A DNA stretch of 64,000 bases, from the IMG/VR virus record IMGVR_UViG_3300035698_016988, positions 10,622 to 74,621 of that record; one strand, given 5' to 3'. The DNA is from a virus. Position numbers and translations under genes: made by a program. Below the pieces are notes generated by a model. The model did not search any database, had not been told where the DNA came from, and was given only the letters and a program-made list of their open reading frames with translations. Positions 39,148 to 49,162 of this stretch are shown here, piece after piece; within the stretch, counting starts at the first letter, position 1, and every line of letters starts with the position of its first letter.

Positions 39148-39685
39148 AATTGACAAAATTATTAAACTCGATGGTCCGGTATTTGTTCTGGTCGGTGGCG
39201 CTATTGGTGCAGGTAAAACCACAGTGGTCAATAAACACTTGAAGAGTTTGGCAGTTCTTGATCCCGATGCTATTCAACTAAGTCAGATAGCTGGATTCTA
39301 TATTTTTTATGATCCTAAAAAAGTGGCACAGACTTTAGTTGAGCTTGATGCGAGATGCAAAAGCTTTCTGAAAATTAAGAAATCGTTTATTAGGATGGGA
39401 ACCGCGTCACAAGCTTCTGCGGCTTTGAAGAGAGCAGACCAAGCAAAAGAATATGGATTTACCACCGTGTTTCTGCATGTTGAAGTTCCGGTAGAACAAG
39501 CCGTTGCCCAGAACGCTTGGAGAAGAAAACAAGGCGACCGAGCTGTTGAATTTGATAAAGAATATAGGATCACACGAACACATGCAGCATCCCGTAGAAC
39601 TTTTGAAGCCATTAAAGATAGGTTTGATTATTCATGTCAATTTGAGAATAATCTTGACACGAATATTGCGCCTATTGTAAATTAA
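39134..39685 (+). CDS. P-loop kinase (AAA_33/zeta/PNK-like)
   Basis: GGAIGAGKTT, LDPDAI, lid region NAWRRK. Confidence 0.75.
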   Translation: MSSIEIDKIIKLDGPVFVLVGGAIGAGKTTVVNKHLKSLAVLDPDAIQLSQIAGFYIFYDPKKVAQTLVELDARCKSFLKIKKSFIRMGTASQASAALKRADQAKEYGFTTVFLHVEVPVEQAVAQNAWRRKQGDRAVEFDKEYRITRTHAASRRTFEAIKDRFDYSCQFENNLDTNIAPIVN

Positions 39686-39688
39686 TAG

Positions 39689-40234
39689 ATGACAGATTTT
39701 TATACATCAGACAATCACTTTGGTCACTGGACCACCGAAGACCGAAACATAATCAAATACTGCGATAGACCGTTTGATTCCATAAGTGAAATGGATGTCA
39801 AAATGATCGAGAACTGGAATAATGTTGTCGGTCATAAAGATACAGTTTATCATTTGGGTGATTTCACCTTCTACAAAAACCGAGACATTATCGATGCCAT
39901 TATGGATAGCCTCAATGGTAGGAAGATTTTAATCTCCGGCAATCATGATCGTGATTATATCAAAAAACATAAAGAATGGGCTGAGGTTCATCAATACTTA
40001 GAACGGAAAGACCGAGGCAAAGGTACTTGGTTGGTTATGTTCCATTATCCGATTGCAAATTGGAATGGATCATATCACAAAAGTTGGCACTTGCATGGAC
40101 ATTCGCATGGAAAATACGTTTATCCTTTGAACGAAAACGGAACAAAGAAAACTGCACTAGACGTCGGAGTTGATACTCACGACTTCACTCCTTGGTCATT
40201 TGATGAAATCAAGGAGTATATGGATAATCTCTAA
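39689..40234 (+). CDS. Calcineurin-like metallophosphoesterase
   Basis: SDNHFGH, HLGDF, GNHD, FHYP, LHGHSH, DVGVD. Confidence 0.9.
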   Translation: MTDFYTSDNHFGHWTTEDRNIIKYCDRPFDSISEMDVKMIENWNNVVGHKDTVYHLGDFTFYKNRDIIDAIMDSLNGRKILISGNHDRDYIKKHKEWAEVHQYLERKDRGKGTWLVMFHYPIANWNGSYHKSWHLHGHSHGKYVYPLNENGTKKTALDVGVDTHDFTPWSFDEIKEYMDNL

Positions 40235-40265
40235 TAAATAAAGAAAACAGGTTATTGGAGAAATT

Positions 40266-41732
40266 ATGCGCGTTAACGAAGTAATCAACCTAAAAGAAGC
40301 ACGTCTTCCAAAAGAAATTCCTTTCATGGGCTGGATGTTGCGTCCGGTTCCGAAGAAAACCTCATTTGACGGCGTCGCTTATGCTCCCGGAAAAGAAAGA
40401 ATTGTTATCCGTGGTGTCGCTACACTTGAAGAAGTGTACGATCAGCTTAAACAAGCAGTGCGTGAAAAAAGGTCAACAGATTCACAATCAAGGAATCCGA
40501 ACATTCAATTCAGTAATGTGGATGAAACGAATGGTGTTTTCAATCAAGCATTTACAAATTCATTTTTCGGTGACGAAGTACCGGCGCTAGGAAAGATAGT
40601 TGTCGACGGCGCTACCCATATCGATGTTTATATTGGTAATGATCCAGAAGATTTAGAGCTTTACAAGTCTGATGGTTTTGTGCAAATATCAGATCGCCTT
40701 TGGAATAAGTCGCGTGTTTATCGTATGTCTCTGACCCCTAAGCAGGTCGCTGATAAGGGTCTTGAGTTCAGGGGTATCTACACCGTAAACGAGACAAAAT
40801 CTCCTGATCCGGACCTTAAACGCTTCACTTTGAGCCCTCAACCGATTGACTACCTTGAAGGCAAAGAAAGTAAGAAAATATTCAAAGAGCCTACTTTCAG
40901 TATACCGACTTGGTTAAAAGGCAGTAAAACGCTTCAAGAACGCGATGCTAGTATGTCCTACGAGACAGTAGAAGTCAAAGGTATTGTAGATCGAGTAATT
41001 GCTAAAATCAAAAATCAAAAAGGTTCAGCCTGGACGAGAATGGGCAAGCAGTTAAAAGACCTTAGAAATCAAATTGCAGTTTTGTCTGAGAAAGAAGCAA
41101 AATTAACTGACAAAATTAAAGACAGATTTCCAGAAACTTTTGATTCCTCTGATGAAGTATTGACGCGAGTCGTTGAGACCGCCCATTTAGTCGCAACTAT
41201 GACAAAAGCAAGTCAAACAGATAAATCCACTGTTGACTATGCTGCTATCCTTGAAGAAATTCTTAAACTTGATTTGGTACCTGAACAGCAGAAAGCGGTT
41301 ACCGCAATCATTAAGAAACACACCACCACAAAGACTGTTTCTACTCCGTCTAAGCTACGGTTGAAAGTAACCGAATCTGAATTGATGGCAAACATCAAAA
41401 GTTCCTGGAGTAGCTTACTCTCGAAGCTGAAAGTTTGGGGCAAGAGACAAGATCAGAAAATTGCTAGAGTTAAACAAATGATGAGTCAAGTCGGTAGTAA
41501 TCAGAACACGATGATTTCTGAAGAAGAAGTTATGAGTTCATGGATTGATGAACTAACTTATGAGCCTCATCCAGAAGCAGAAGGTGAAGGAAACGTCGAA
41601 ATGCTTTTGGGAAACGGTAGAGCATATACCGTCTATAATGTTGCATATGGTGAATACGAAGACTGGTTGTCTTCTCCGTCGAAAGGTAGGTATTGGCACG
41701 CTAATATCAAAGACGTTTACACGGTGAAATAA
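40266..41732 (+). CDS. Multidomain protein with a C-terminal KTSC domain; possibly head-packaged
   Basis: SSWIDELTYE...GRAYTVYNV..EYEDWLSSPSKGRYWHANIKDVY; ATAAATA upstream; MRVNEV leader. Confidence 0.6.
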   Translation: MRVNEVINLKEARLPKEIPFMGWMLRPVPKKTSFDGVAYAPGKERIVIRGVATLEEVYDQLKQAVREKRSTDSQSRNPNIQFSNVDETNGVFNQAFTNSFFGDEVPALGKIVVDGATHIDVYIGNDPEDLELYKSDGFVQISDRLWNKSRVYRMSLTPKQVADKGLEFRGIYTVNETKSPDPDLKRFTLSPQPIDYLEGKESKKIFKEPTFSIPTWLKGSKTLQERDASMSYETVEVKGIVDRVIAKIKNQKGSAWTRMGKQLKDLRNQIAVLSEKEAKLTDKIKDRFPETFDSSDEVLTRVVETAHLVATMTKASQTDKSTVDYAAILEEILKLDLVPEQQKAVTAIIKKHTTTKTVSTPSKLRLKVTESELMANIKSSWSSLLSKLKVWGKRQDQKIARVKQMMSQVGSNQNTMISEEEVMSSWIDELTYEPHPEAEGEGNVEMLLGNGRAYTVYNVAYGEYEDWLSSPSKGRYWHANIKDVYTVK

Positions 41733-42079
41733 TGACCGAAACTGAAATTTGGTGGAAAGGCGCTTGGCGCCCTGCGGCCGCAGGAATATACCTATCAATC
41801 TGTTTGTTTGATTTTGTAGTCATGCCTATGATTAATTCCAATAATTACGACCCTGCAGAGCTGGTTGACCAAGCGTTACGTTTCAATGACCCAACTGTTC
41901 AAGTCAAAGCATTAGCAGCAATGGATCAAGGAAGGATGTGGGAACCTTTGACCACTCAAGGGAATGGAATTTTTCACTTATCCTTCGGTGCCATCTTAGG
42001 CGCAGCAGCCCACGGTAGATCAAAAGAAAAAGTTGCTAGAAGTTCTAAAGACATTGTTATAGGTGAAAATCCTGCTTGA
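41732..42079 (+). CDS. Membrane protein, holin-like
   Basis: WRPAAAGIYLSICLFDF...PLTTQGNGIFHLSFGAILG...RSKEK. Confidence 0.5.
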   Translation: MTETEIWWKGAWRPAAAGIYLSICLFDFVVMPMINSNNYDPAELVDQALRFNDPTVQVKALAAMDQGRMWEPLTTQGNGIFHLSFGAILGAAAHGRSKEKVARSSKDIVIGENPA

Positions 42080-42426
42080 CATTTAAATTATCTGATATTA
42101 AACTGATATTGGAGGAAGAAATGCAAAATGTCAAAAATTTAACAGATTATTTACGGAACGCCCCAACAGAAACGAAAATCAAAATTGCCAAGGCTTTTTT
42201 GTTTTCGCCGGTGATGAAACGTCGAATGCCGTTTACATCAAAACTGTCTGAGGTGGTCGCTTCCTTTTTTCCTCGTTTGTTAGAAGAGGAATTAACCACA
42301 GAAAAGTCGACTTTGCTTGTCAATGCAATAGCATATGACATCGATACCGAATATTATACCGGAAAAGATTTTGAAGATCTTTTAATTATTTTATTTTCTC
42401 ACGGTTATCGACCACAATCTTATTAA
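42076..42426 (+). CDS. Hypothetical protein (probable start ATG 42121)
   Basis: GGAGG before ATG 42121. Confidence 0.55.
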   Translation: MTFKLSDIKLILEEEMQNVKNLTDYLRNAPTETKIKIAKAFLFSPVMKRRMPFTSKLSEVVASFFPRLLEEELTTEKSTLLVNAIAYDIDTEYYTGKDFEDLLIILFSHGYRPQSY

Positions 42427-42545
42427 TTTTTATACTCTCCTGAAACTATAAATAAAGATGATAGCAATTGTGTTATTGAAAATCATATGGCAGTTTAAGC
42501 CTCTGAACGCAGTCAGAGCAGTTAAAGTCCATAACAGGAGATAAA

Positions 42546-43300
42546 ATGACAGATCACATTAAAGTGAACCATACCGGTTCTTCAAAATCCAAAAATCCAA
42601 CCTTAAGACTCATGTTCATGTCGTACTTGATCGCTCAGGATCAATGAATAATTGCCGTAAAGCAACTATTGACGGATTCAACGAGTATATTGGCTCATTA
42701 AAAGCTGACAAAGACAATAAGTATTTTGTCACGTTGACTCAGTTTGATTCGACAAACGCTGGTGTCTTAATTGAAGATACCTTTACTGACGTGAAATTAT
42801 CTGAAGTTGAAGATTTAACTGAAGACACTTTCCAACCAAGAGGCACGACTCCGTTGCACGATGCAATCGGTGAAAGCATGCGTCAATCAGCGAATCGCCT
42901 GAAAGAAAAGAAAGGCAACAACGCAGTGGTTATGATCGTTATGACTGATGGCGGCGAGAATTCAAGTAAAGAGTTCGATGCAAGCATCATTAAGAAAATG
43001 ATCGACACTGAAGAAGCTAACGGTTGGACTGTAACCTACATGGGTGCAAACCAAAACGCACATCGTGTTGGTGGATCATTGGGATTCAAAGCCGGTAAGA
43101 CTATGAACTACAGCACTGACCAAATGCAAGACACTTTCCGTGGCTTAGCAATTAACACAGCTTCACGCTCCTCGTTGTATTCGAAGACCTTAGATTCAAT
43201 GGAATCTGGTGCAACACCTGAAAATATTTCTATGGCATTTGCATCAGTATCGAGAAGTGCTGACTTCTTTGAAGATGAGGACGAAGATGCGATGTCCTAA
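42546..43300 (+). CDS. vWA-domain protein with an apparent frameshift near 42590
   Basis: RBS and ATG at 42546; MIDAS motif VVLDRSGSM lies in the frame of the 42644 ORF; GTTPLHDAI, MTDGGEN, YMGAN. Confidence 0.75.
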
Positions 43301-44075
43301 TAACGCTTCTAGTCTTGAAGTTTTGGTTAACGGGAGACCGGTAACTGAATATCGACATGACGGAAACGTCTTTATTGAAGGTAGAGACCGTTCGGAATTT
43401 TCATTACGTATGAAGTATCTAGGTGGTTACCGTGATATGGGCAAAAGAAAATTGTTTGTACCTTCGGTTGACGGCCTGAGTATCATCGACGGGAAACCGG
43501 CTTCGAATGATTCACGTGGATTCATTTTAGAAACAGATGAAGAAATTGAAGTTCCTGGTTGGATGGTGAATAACGAGACAGCAGCAAGCTTTTTCTTTAG
43601 TTTGTCAAATAAAGAACCAAGTTATGCTGAACAAATGGGTTATGGCGGACAGAACAACGGTGTAATCGGTGTTCGTGTTTTCCAGGAAAAGGAACCGGCT
43701 AAGAAACCGTTACCTAATCCTTTCCCCGATGTTTTACAGCTGAAGGACTTTCCTTGGGCTGACTCCGGAACTGTTAGAGAACCGGATTTTAACCCTAGGA
43801 CAATCTCTTTTGGTGCATCAGCATCAGCGTCAGCATTAAGAGGAATTGCTCCTCAAAGCGCAAAAGAACTTGGCGCTGGTTGGGGTGAAGAAACTGATTT
43901 CAGTACGACAATCACACAGTTCGAGAAAGGTGAGCATTTGACTGATATCGTGATTTTTTATGATACCATTCGAGGTCTCGAAGCCCTAGGCGTTGATGTC
44001 GTGAAAAAGAAAGCAAGGCGTTCCTCAATGGGAGCTAGTCCTTTCCCGGGAGACTATTGTAAGTCTCCAAAATAA
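43287..44075 (+). CDS. vWA-associated hypothetical protein
   Basis: MRCPNNASSLEVLVNG...SVDGLSIIDG...GVIGVRVFQE; overlaps the vWA stop. Confidence 0.65.
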   Translation: MRCPNNASSLEVLVNGRPVTEYRHDGNVFIEGRDRSEFSLRMKYLGGYRDMGKRKLFVPSVDGLSIIDGKPASNDSRGFILETDEEIEVPGWMVNNETAASFFFSLSNKEPSYAEQMGYGGQNNGVIGVRVFQEKEPAKKPLPNPFPDVLQLKDFPWADSGTVREPDFNPRTISFGASASASALRGIAPQSAKELGAGWGEETDFSTTITQFEKGEHLTDIVIFYDTIRGLEALGVDVVKKKARRSSMGASPFPGDYCKSPK

Positions 44076-44078
44076 ATC

Positions 44079-44121
44079 TTGACAAAGTGGTGATACCGTG
44101 TTTTATAATAAGCACGGTATC
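44079..44121 (+). promoter_or_regulatory. Promoter overlapped by an inverted repeat (terminator or operator)
   Basis: TTGACA...TATAAT with GATACCGTG/CACGGTATC flanking the -10. Confidence 0.5.
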
Positions 44122-44162
44122 TCCATGATAAATAACTGGAACAAAACAACATTGGGACCCAA

Positions 44163-46049
44163 ATGAATCAAGACGATATTAGAAAGTTATCCGACTACCA
44201 ACACGCCCGTCTAAGAACAGAGACTTATTTCGGTTCAAGATCAAATCACACTCAAAATGTTCTCATGTTTCATGCTGACAAACCAGTCATTAAAGAAATA
44301 ACTTGGGTGCCTGCTTTGTTAACGGCTGTTCGTGAAATTATTGATAACTCGTTAGATGAATTGATCGGCAAGGGATTCGGCGACAGACTTGATGTCACGT
44401 TCGATACCAAAACGATGGAATTCACTGTTCGTGATAACGGTCGCGGCATTCCGATCGCAAAAGACAAAACCGAGAACATGCACTTAGCCACGATGGTTTT
44501 GAGTGAGGCCCGAGCCGGTAGAAACTTTGACGATACTCAAAGAACTGGTGCCGGTATGAACGGGGTCGGCGCTAGTATTTGCAATTTCTGTGCTGAATAT
44601 TTTGAAGTAGAAGTTATCCGGGACGGTAAGAAGTTCGTTCAGAATTTCTCACAAGGTAATGCTGTTGATGATTCGCTACAAATTCACAAGGCAAAAATTA
44701 CCGCGTCGGGTAGCCCAAGAACAGGCACATTTATTAAGTTCAAACCGTCGAAGGAAGTTTTCAAAAACCAAACCCTTCCGGTGGACTTTATTGAATCTAG
44801 ATTGTTAGAGATTGCTGCATGTAATCCAAAGGTCAAGATTTATTTTAATGGTAAGAAAATCGACATTAAGCGTGGTGTTGAGAAAACATTGTTCGGTGGT
44901 TTGAAAGGAATTCATATTCCGGTCAAAGACAAAGAAATGGAATTTATGACTGACTTTTATGTTTATCCGAATGTATCCGATGGGCGTGAGCATATTCACT
45001 CGCTTGTGAATAACGTTCCTACCTTCGATGGCGGTGAACATATTGAAGAGTTCCGTAGGATTTTTGTGCAAGGTATGCTCAAAGCCTTAGAGAAGCCGGC
45101 GAGGAAAAGAAAACTCTCACCAAACAGAACCGATATTTTAGAAAGTCTTCTTTTCTTCTCGGTAACGAAAATGAAAGCACCGTACTTTGGTAACCAAGCA
45201 AAAACCAAACTAATCAACGAAGAAGTAAAGAAACCTATTCGTGAGCAAGTTGACAACGAAGAGTTGTTCAAGGGAATTGTCTTGAAGAACAAAGAATGGG
45301 TAGAAGAAATTCTTGAGCGTACCGCTGTTCGTACTCAGAAAAGAGATGACGCGGATGTTTCTAGAGAATCTAAAAAGAACCTTCGAAACAAGATTCCAAG
45401 CCTTATGGATGCGACGAGTAAAATTAGATCTGACTGTATCCTAATGCTAGCAGAAGGTGATTCGGCTATCTCTGGTTTCAGTAATGTTCGCGATCCTAAA
45501 ATTCACGGCGGCTTGCCTTTACGTGGTAAGATCATGAATGTGTTCGGAGAGAATCCAAAGAAAGTTATCGGTTCAAAAGCTTTGGCAGATATTATGAACA
45601 GTTTGGGATTGGTAATCGGTCAGAAGTTTGATCGCAGCCAGCTTCGTTACGGTAAGGTTTATATCGCTTGTGATATGGATCAAGACGGAGCAAACATTAC
45701 AGCGTTGTTGGTAAACTTCTTCTACCGATATTGGCCTGAATTGTTTGATCCAGCAAAACCGTTCTTCTTTATTTTCTTGACTCCGTATATTATTGTCGAG
45801 AAAGGAAAAGAACGTCATTATTGGTACAGCAACGATTACCATGAATTTGAATCAAGTAAATGGAAAGGCGCAACCGTACGTCGAGCAAAAGGTCTCGGAA
45901 CGTTGCGTAAAGAAAATTGGAAGCATGCTATTCAAGACCCTAGACTAATTGCACTTTCGGACGATGGTAAACTTAAAGAAACTTTAGACTTAATCTTCGA
46001 CGGTGCTAGGGCCGACGATAGAAAAGAATGGATGGCAAATGTCGATTAA
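44163..46049 (+). CDS. gp39: Type II topoisomerase large subunit (gp39+gp60 fused, GyrB/ParE-like)
   Basis: EIIDNSLDE, DNGRGIP, GMNGVG, EGDSA, PLRGKIMN, DMDQDG, KGLG. Confidence 0.93.
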   Translation: MNQDDIRKLSDYQHARLRTETYFGSRSNHTQNVLMFHADKPVIKEITWVPALLTAVREIIDNSLDELIGKGFGDRLDVTFDTKTMEFTVRDNGRGIPIAKDKTENMHLATMVLSEARAGRNFDDTQRTGAGMNGVGASICNFCAEYFEVEVIRDGKKFVQNFSQGNAVDDSLQIHKAKITASGSPRTGTFIKFKPSKEVFKNQTLPVDFIESRLLEIAACNPKVKIYFNGKKIDIKRGVEKTLFGGLKGIHIPVKDKEMEFMTDFYVYPNVSDGREHIHSLVNNVPTFDGGEHIEEFRRIFVQGMLKALEKPARKRKLSPNRTDILESLLFFSVTKMKAPYFGNQAKTKLINEEVKKPIREQVDNEELFKGIVLKNKEWVEEILERTAVRTQKRDDADVSRESKKNLRNKIPSLMDATSKIRSDCILMLAEGDSAISGFSNVRDPKIHGGLPLRGKIMNVFGENPKKVIGSKALADIMNSLGLVIGQKFDRSQLRYGKVYIACDMDQDGANITALLVNFFYRYWPELFDPAKPFFFIFLTPYIIVEKGKERHYWYSNDYHEFESSKWKGATVRRAKGLGTLRKENWKHAIQDPRLIALSDDGKLKETLDLIFDGARADDRKEWMANVD

Positions 46050-46269
46050 ACCAGAATATAATTTAAACCATATTGATGACAGATTAGCGGCTTTAGATAA
46101 AGTCAAGAACGCAGTCGAAGAATATATCGAGTATATGTGGTCGGATGAACGGCTTGAAGACAACGATGAAAATTATCAGAATCATATTTTCGAAACAGCG
46201 GTTCTCGCAATAATGGGCCCTGATGCGTTTATTAAAATAACTGAAAGAATGGTAGAATCTGATGACTGA
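46039..46269 (+). CDS. Hypothetical protein
   Basis: Overlaps both topoisomerase genes. Confidence 0.55.
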   Translation: MSIKPEYNLNHIDDRLAALDKVKNAVEEYIEYMWSDERLEDNDENYQNHIFETAVLAIMGPDAFIKITERMVESDD

Positions 46270-47635
46270 AGTATTAATTCCAATTGAGTCAAGCGAACAC
46301 ATCGACGCATCAAGTAAAGAATACAGCCTCTACGTCTGTGAACAACGGGCTATCCCGAAAGCAAGTGATGGACTGAAATCTGCTCAACGTAAAGCGTTGT
46401 TTTTGATGATGACCAAAGCTGGTGAAATCAAAACGGTTTCGTTGTCTGGTGAAACAATCTCGAGAGGATTATATGTTCACGGTGATACTAGCATGTCGGA
46501 TACCGTATCTCTTCTAGCTGCGCCGTATTCTAACAATCTGCCATGGCTCGAGGGTATTGGTACGTTTGGAACTAAGGTAAATCCTAGGGCATTTGCGGCC
46601 CCTCGCTATACGTACGTCAAACGATCAAAAGCATCAGAGGAGATTTTATATGCTGACAGAGATATTGTTCCAATGCAGGAAAATTATGACGGTTCTACAT
46701 CCGAACCGACTCACTTCCTTCCCATTATTCCTACTGTTCTTCTTAACGGTGTTTCAGGTATCGCTGTTGGGTGGTCAACAGAAATACTCCCCCGCGCATT
46801 GGATGATCTTATCCGAGCGACCGCGGCTGCAATCGACGGAAAACGATTCAAGTATCTGACACCGAAATACGAGTTCTTGGATATTGACGTCGAAAAGTTA
46901 GAAGATAACTCATGGGAGTTTCGCGGAAAGGTTACCATTCAAGATGCACAAACGGTAATCGTAAACGAGTTGCCGCCTGATTTGTCTTTGGAAAAGTTTA
47001 AGGATAGGTTAATTGCGCTTGAAGATGACAGTCAAATTCAAACCTATACCGACCACAGTTCTGACAAGATTTGCATCGAAGTAAAGTTCAAGCGCGGGAT
47101 GCTAAAAGATAAAGATGATAAATGGGTTGTGAAAACTTTAAAATTGACTTCTCGGAAAAAAGAACGTATCGTAGTAGTTGACTGGGATAATAAGTCAATT
47201 AGACAATTCGATTCTGCCGAACAATTGATTAAAGAGTTTGTTGAAGTCCGTTTCGGGTTTTACATCAAGCGCTTTGATAAATTCTTAAAAGATGACAGTT
47301 ATGAACTGAAATATTGGAAAGCCTTAAAGTTATGTTTCGATGATGGATTACCAACACGAATTCTTAAAGCAAAAGATAAAGCAGCCGTATGTGCAGATAT
47401 TAAATCTATCACAAAAGCTGCTGGACCTGATGAAACCCAAATTGATCGCATTGCGGGAACGTCGTCTTATAATTGGGCGAAGGATCGGTATGCTGTGGTA
47501 CAAGCACGAATTAAGGAACTCGAAGCGAACATCGAGAAATACAAAAAACTTTTGGCAAACCCAGACGATATTAGAGATATTTTCAAAGCCGAGGTTTTAT
47601 CTCTTGGGAAGCAAAAATTCGACGTTGATAGATAA
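46262..47635 (+). CDS. gp52: Type II topoisomerase medium subunit (GyrA/ParC-like)
   Basis: RAIP..DGLKSAQRK, YVHGDTS, AAPRY, LLNGVSGIAVGWST. Confidence 0.93.
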   Translation: MTEVLIPIESSEHIDASSKEYSLYVCEQRAIPKASDGLKSAQRKALFLMMTKAGEIKTVSLSGETISRGLYVHGDTSMSDTVSLLAAPYSNNLPWLEGIGTFGTKVNPRAFAAPRYTYVKRSKASEEILYADRDIVPMQENYDGSTSEPTHFLPIIPTVLLNGVSGIAVGWSTEILPRALDDLIRATAAAIDGKRFKYLTPKYEFLDIDVEKLEDNSWEFRGKVTIQDAQTVIVNELPPDLSLEKFKDRLIALEDDSQIQTYTDHSSDKICIEVKFKRGMLKDKDDKWVVKTLKLTSRKKERIVVVDWDNKSIRQFDSAEQLIKEFVEVRFGFYIKRFDKFLKDDSYELKYWKALKLCFDDGLPTRILKAKDKAAVCADIKSITKAAGPDETQIDRIAGTSSYNWAKDRYAVVQARIKELEANIEKYKKLLANPDDIRDIFKAEVLSLGKQKFDVDR

Positions 47636-47647
47636 ACGAGGAAATAA

Positions 47648-48109
47648 ATGACCAACGGATTCACAATAGGCTACAAAGACGGAAACGTGCTTGACGCCGA
47701 AGAGACCATTATTGTTCACGGCTGCAATGCCCAAGGAGTTATGGGCTCCGGTGTAGCGAAAGCTATCCGAGCAAAATATCCTGGTGCCTATGAGCTTTAT
47801 CGTCAAGAATACGAAGCGCAAGGTGGATTAGCCTTAGGTACCGTTACTGTTTATGATGCTCCAGACGGAAAAGTAATAATCAACGGAGTTACCCAAGAAT
47901 TCTACGGTAGGGACGGAAAGAAATATGTCGACTATACTGCCGTTCGGGAAGTAATGGAAGCGGCTGATTTTATCGCGCACAATTTAGGTTGCGGTATTGC
48001 TATGCCTATGATTGGTTCAGGTTTGGGTGGTGGTAGTTGGACAACCATTGAAAACATTATTGAAGTCAATGTAAAGCGCCCAGTAACCGTTTACCGTTTT
48101 AAAGAATGA
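47648..48109 (+). CDS. Macrodomain ADP-ribose hydrolase (T4 Tk.4/Poa1-like)
   Basis: IVHGCNAQGVMGSGVAKAI, MPMIGSGLGGGSW. Confidence 0.9.
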   Translation: MTNGFTIGYKDGNVLDAEETIIVHGCNAQGVMGSGVAKAIRAKYPGAYELYRQEYEAQGGLALGTVTVYDAPDGKVIINGVTQEFYGRDGKKYVDYTAVREVMEAADFIAHNLGCGIAMPMIGSGLGGGSWTTIENIIEVNVKRPVTVYRFKE

Positions 48110-48264
48110 GACAGCAATTTGACGAAGGTTATAGGGATCACAATTTAAAAGTAGGTTTATCTAATAATCCCTATGATCGAGCGAAGCAACCTGGGCAATA
48201 TAAAGCCTGGAGAGAAGGCTGGAAGGCCGCCAACTTTGATTCAAAAATGAAAGGAAAATCATGA
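48106..48264 (+). CDS. Ribosome modulation factor (Rmf/CrpP-fold)-like small protein, 52 aa
   Basis: MRQQFDEGYRDHNLKVGLSNNPYDRAKQPGQYKAWREGWKAA; ATGA overlaps with neighbours on both sides; not in the ORF track. Confidence 0.6.
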   Translation: MRQQFDEGYRDHNLKVGLSNNPYDRAKQPGQYKAWREGWKAANFDSKMKGKS

Positions 48265-48557
48265 ATATTTTCGATAACCGAGTACTAACCGCAGACGAGC
48301 AGGATTTGCTCAGAAAAACCGTAGAAGACGGTGTGCATTACGCAGAGGCAATTCGTGCCGAACAGGATTCACTAAAAGATATGGTAAAGGATGCAGTTGC
48401 AAAACTCAACGACCAGATCGACGATCCTGATCAGAAAATCAAAGGCAGTACCGTCAACAAAATGATTCGTGTCTTACATCTTCGTGATATACAAGAAGCA
48501 AAAGATAAGATTTCAGAAGTTGAGGACGGTCTGACTGTAATCGGAAAGCAGGTTTAA
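48261..48557 (+). CDS. T4 DsbA-like double-stranded DNA-binding protein
   Basis: LRKTVEDG...IRAEQDSLKDMVKDA...VNKMIRVLH helical pattern. Confidence 0.55.
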   Translation: MNIFDNRVLTADEQDLLRKTVEDGVHYAEAIRAEQDSLKDMVKDAVAKLNDQIDDPDQKIKGSTVNKMIRVLHLRDIQEAKDKISEVEDGLTVIGKQV

Positions 48558-48558
48558 A

Positions 48559-48879
48559 ATGAATAACCATCCTTGGACTTCTGTCGCTTCGCTTGTTATC
48601 GCGACGGCAATCGCGGCGATTATTGTCTCGGTCTATCCGTGGGCATTGACTGTGATTTGGGATTGGTTTATTTTTCCCGAGTTCGGGGTTCAACTTTCTT
48701 ACTTGGGTGCACTAGGCATCACTGGTGTTTTCATGCTATTAGCAAAGAACAGTCCCTCAGTTTTAGAAATGCGAGTTAATAAAACCGGTATAGAATCTGC
48801 TAAACTGATGGGTTTTATTATTGCTAAACCGTTTGTAGTTCTTGGTATTTTAGGAATCATTAAGATTGTCGTTTCTTAA
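48559..48879 (+). CDS. Membrane protein
   Basis: Several hydrophobic segments. Confidence 0.6.
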   Translation: MNNHPWTSVASLVIATAIAAIIVSVYPWALTVIWDWFIFPEFGVQLSYLGALGITGVFMLLAKNSPSVLEMRVNKTGIESAKLMGFIIAKPFVVLGILGIIKIVVS

Positions 48880-49162
48880 AATCCTAACAGATTGCAAAGA
48901 CTTTTTTGTGAATGACTGGCGGTATAACCGTCAGTTATTCATGATTGAAAACTTAGGGACGTTCTTCGGTTTGATCTCTGCATTTACTATTGCGGCGTTT
49001 ACAACCTCAGCTCCCTTTGTTTGGGTCTATATCTTTTTTACTTTGGCATCTATTTTCCTTATAATAGCAGCATATAAAAGAAACTCGGCGCCAGTTATAA
49101 TACTGAACGGAGGTTACTTTTTCATCAATATATTGGGTCTCTATAAAGCCCTGGGAGTATAA
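48866..49162 (+). CDS. Membrane protein
   Basis: Three predicted transmembrane segments. Confidence 0.55.
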   Translation: MSFLKILTDCKDFFVNDWRYNRQLFMIENLGTFFGLISAFTIAAFTTSAPFVWVYIFFTLASIFLIIAAYKRNSAPVIILNGGYFFINILGLYKALGV

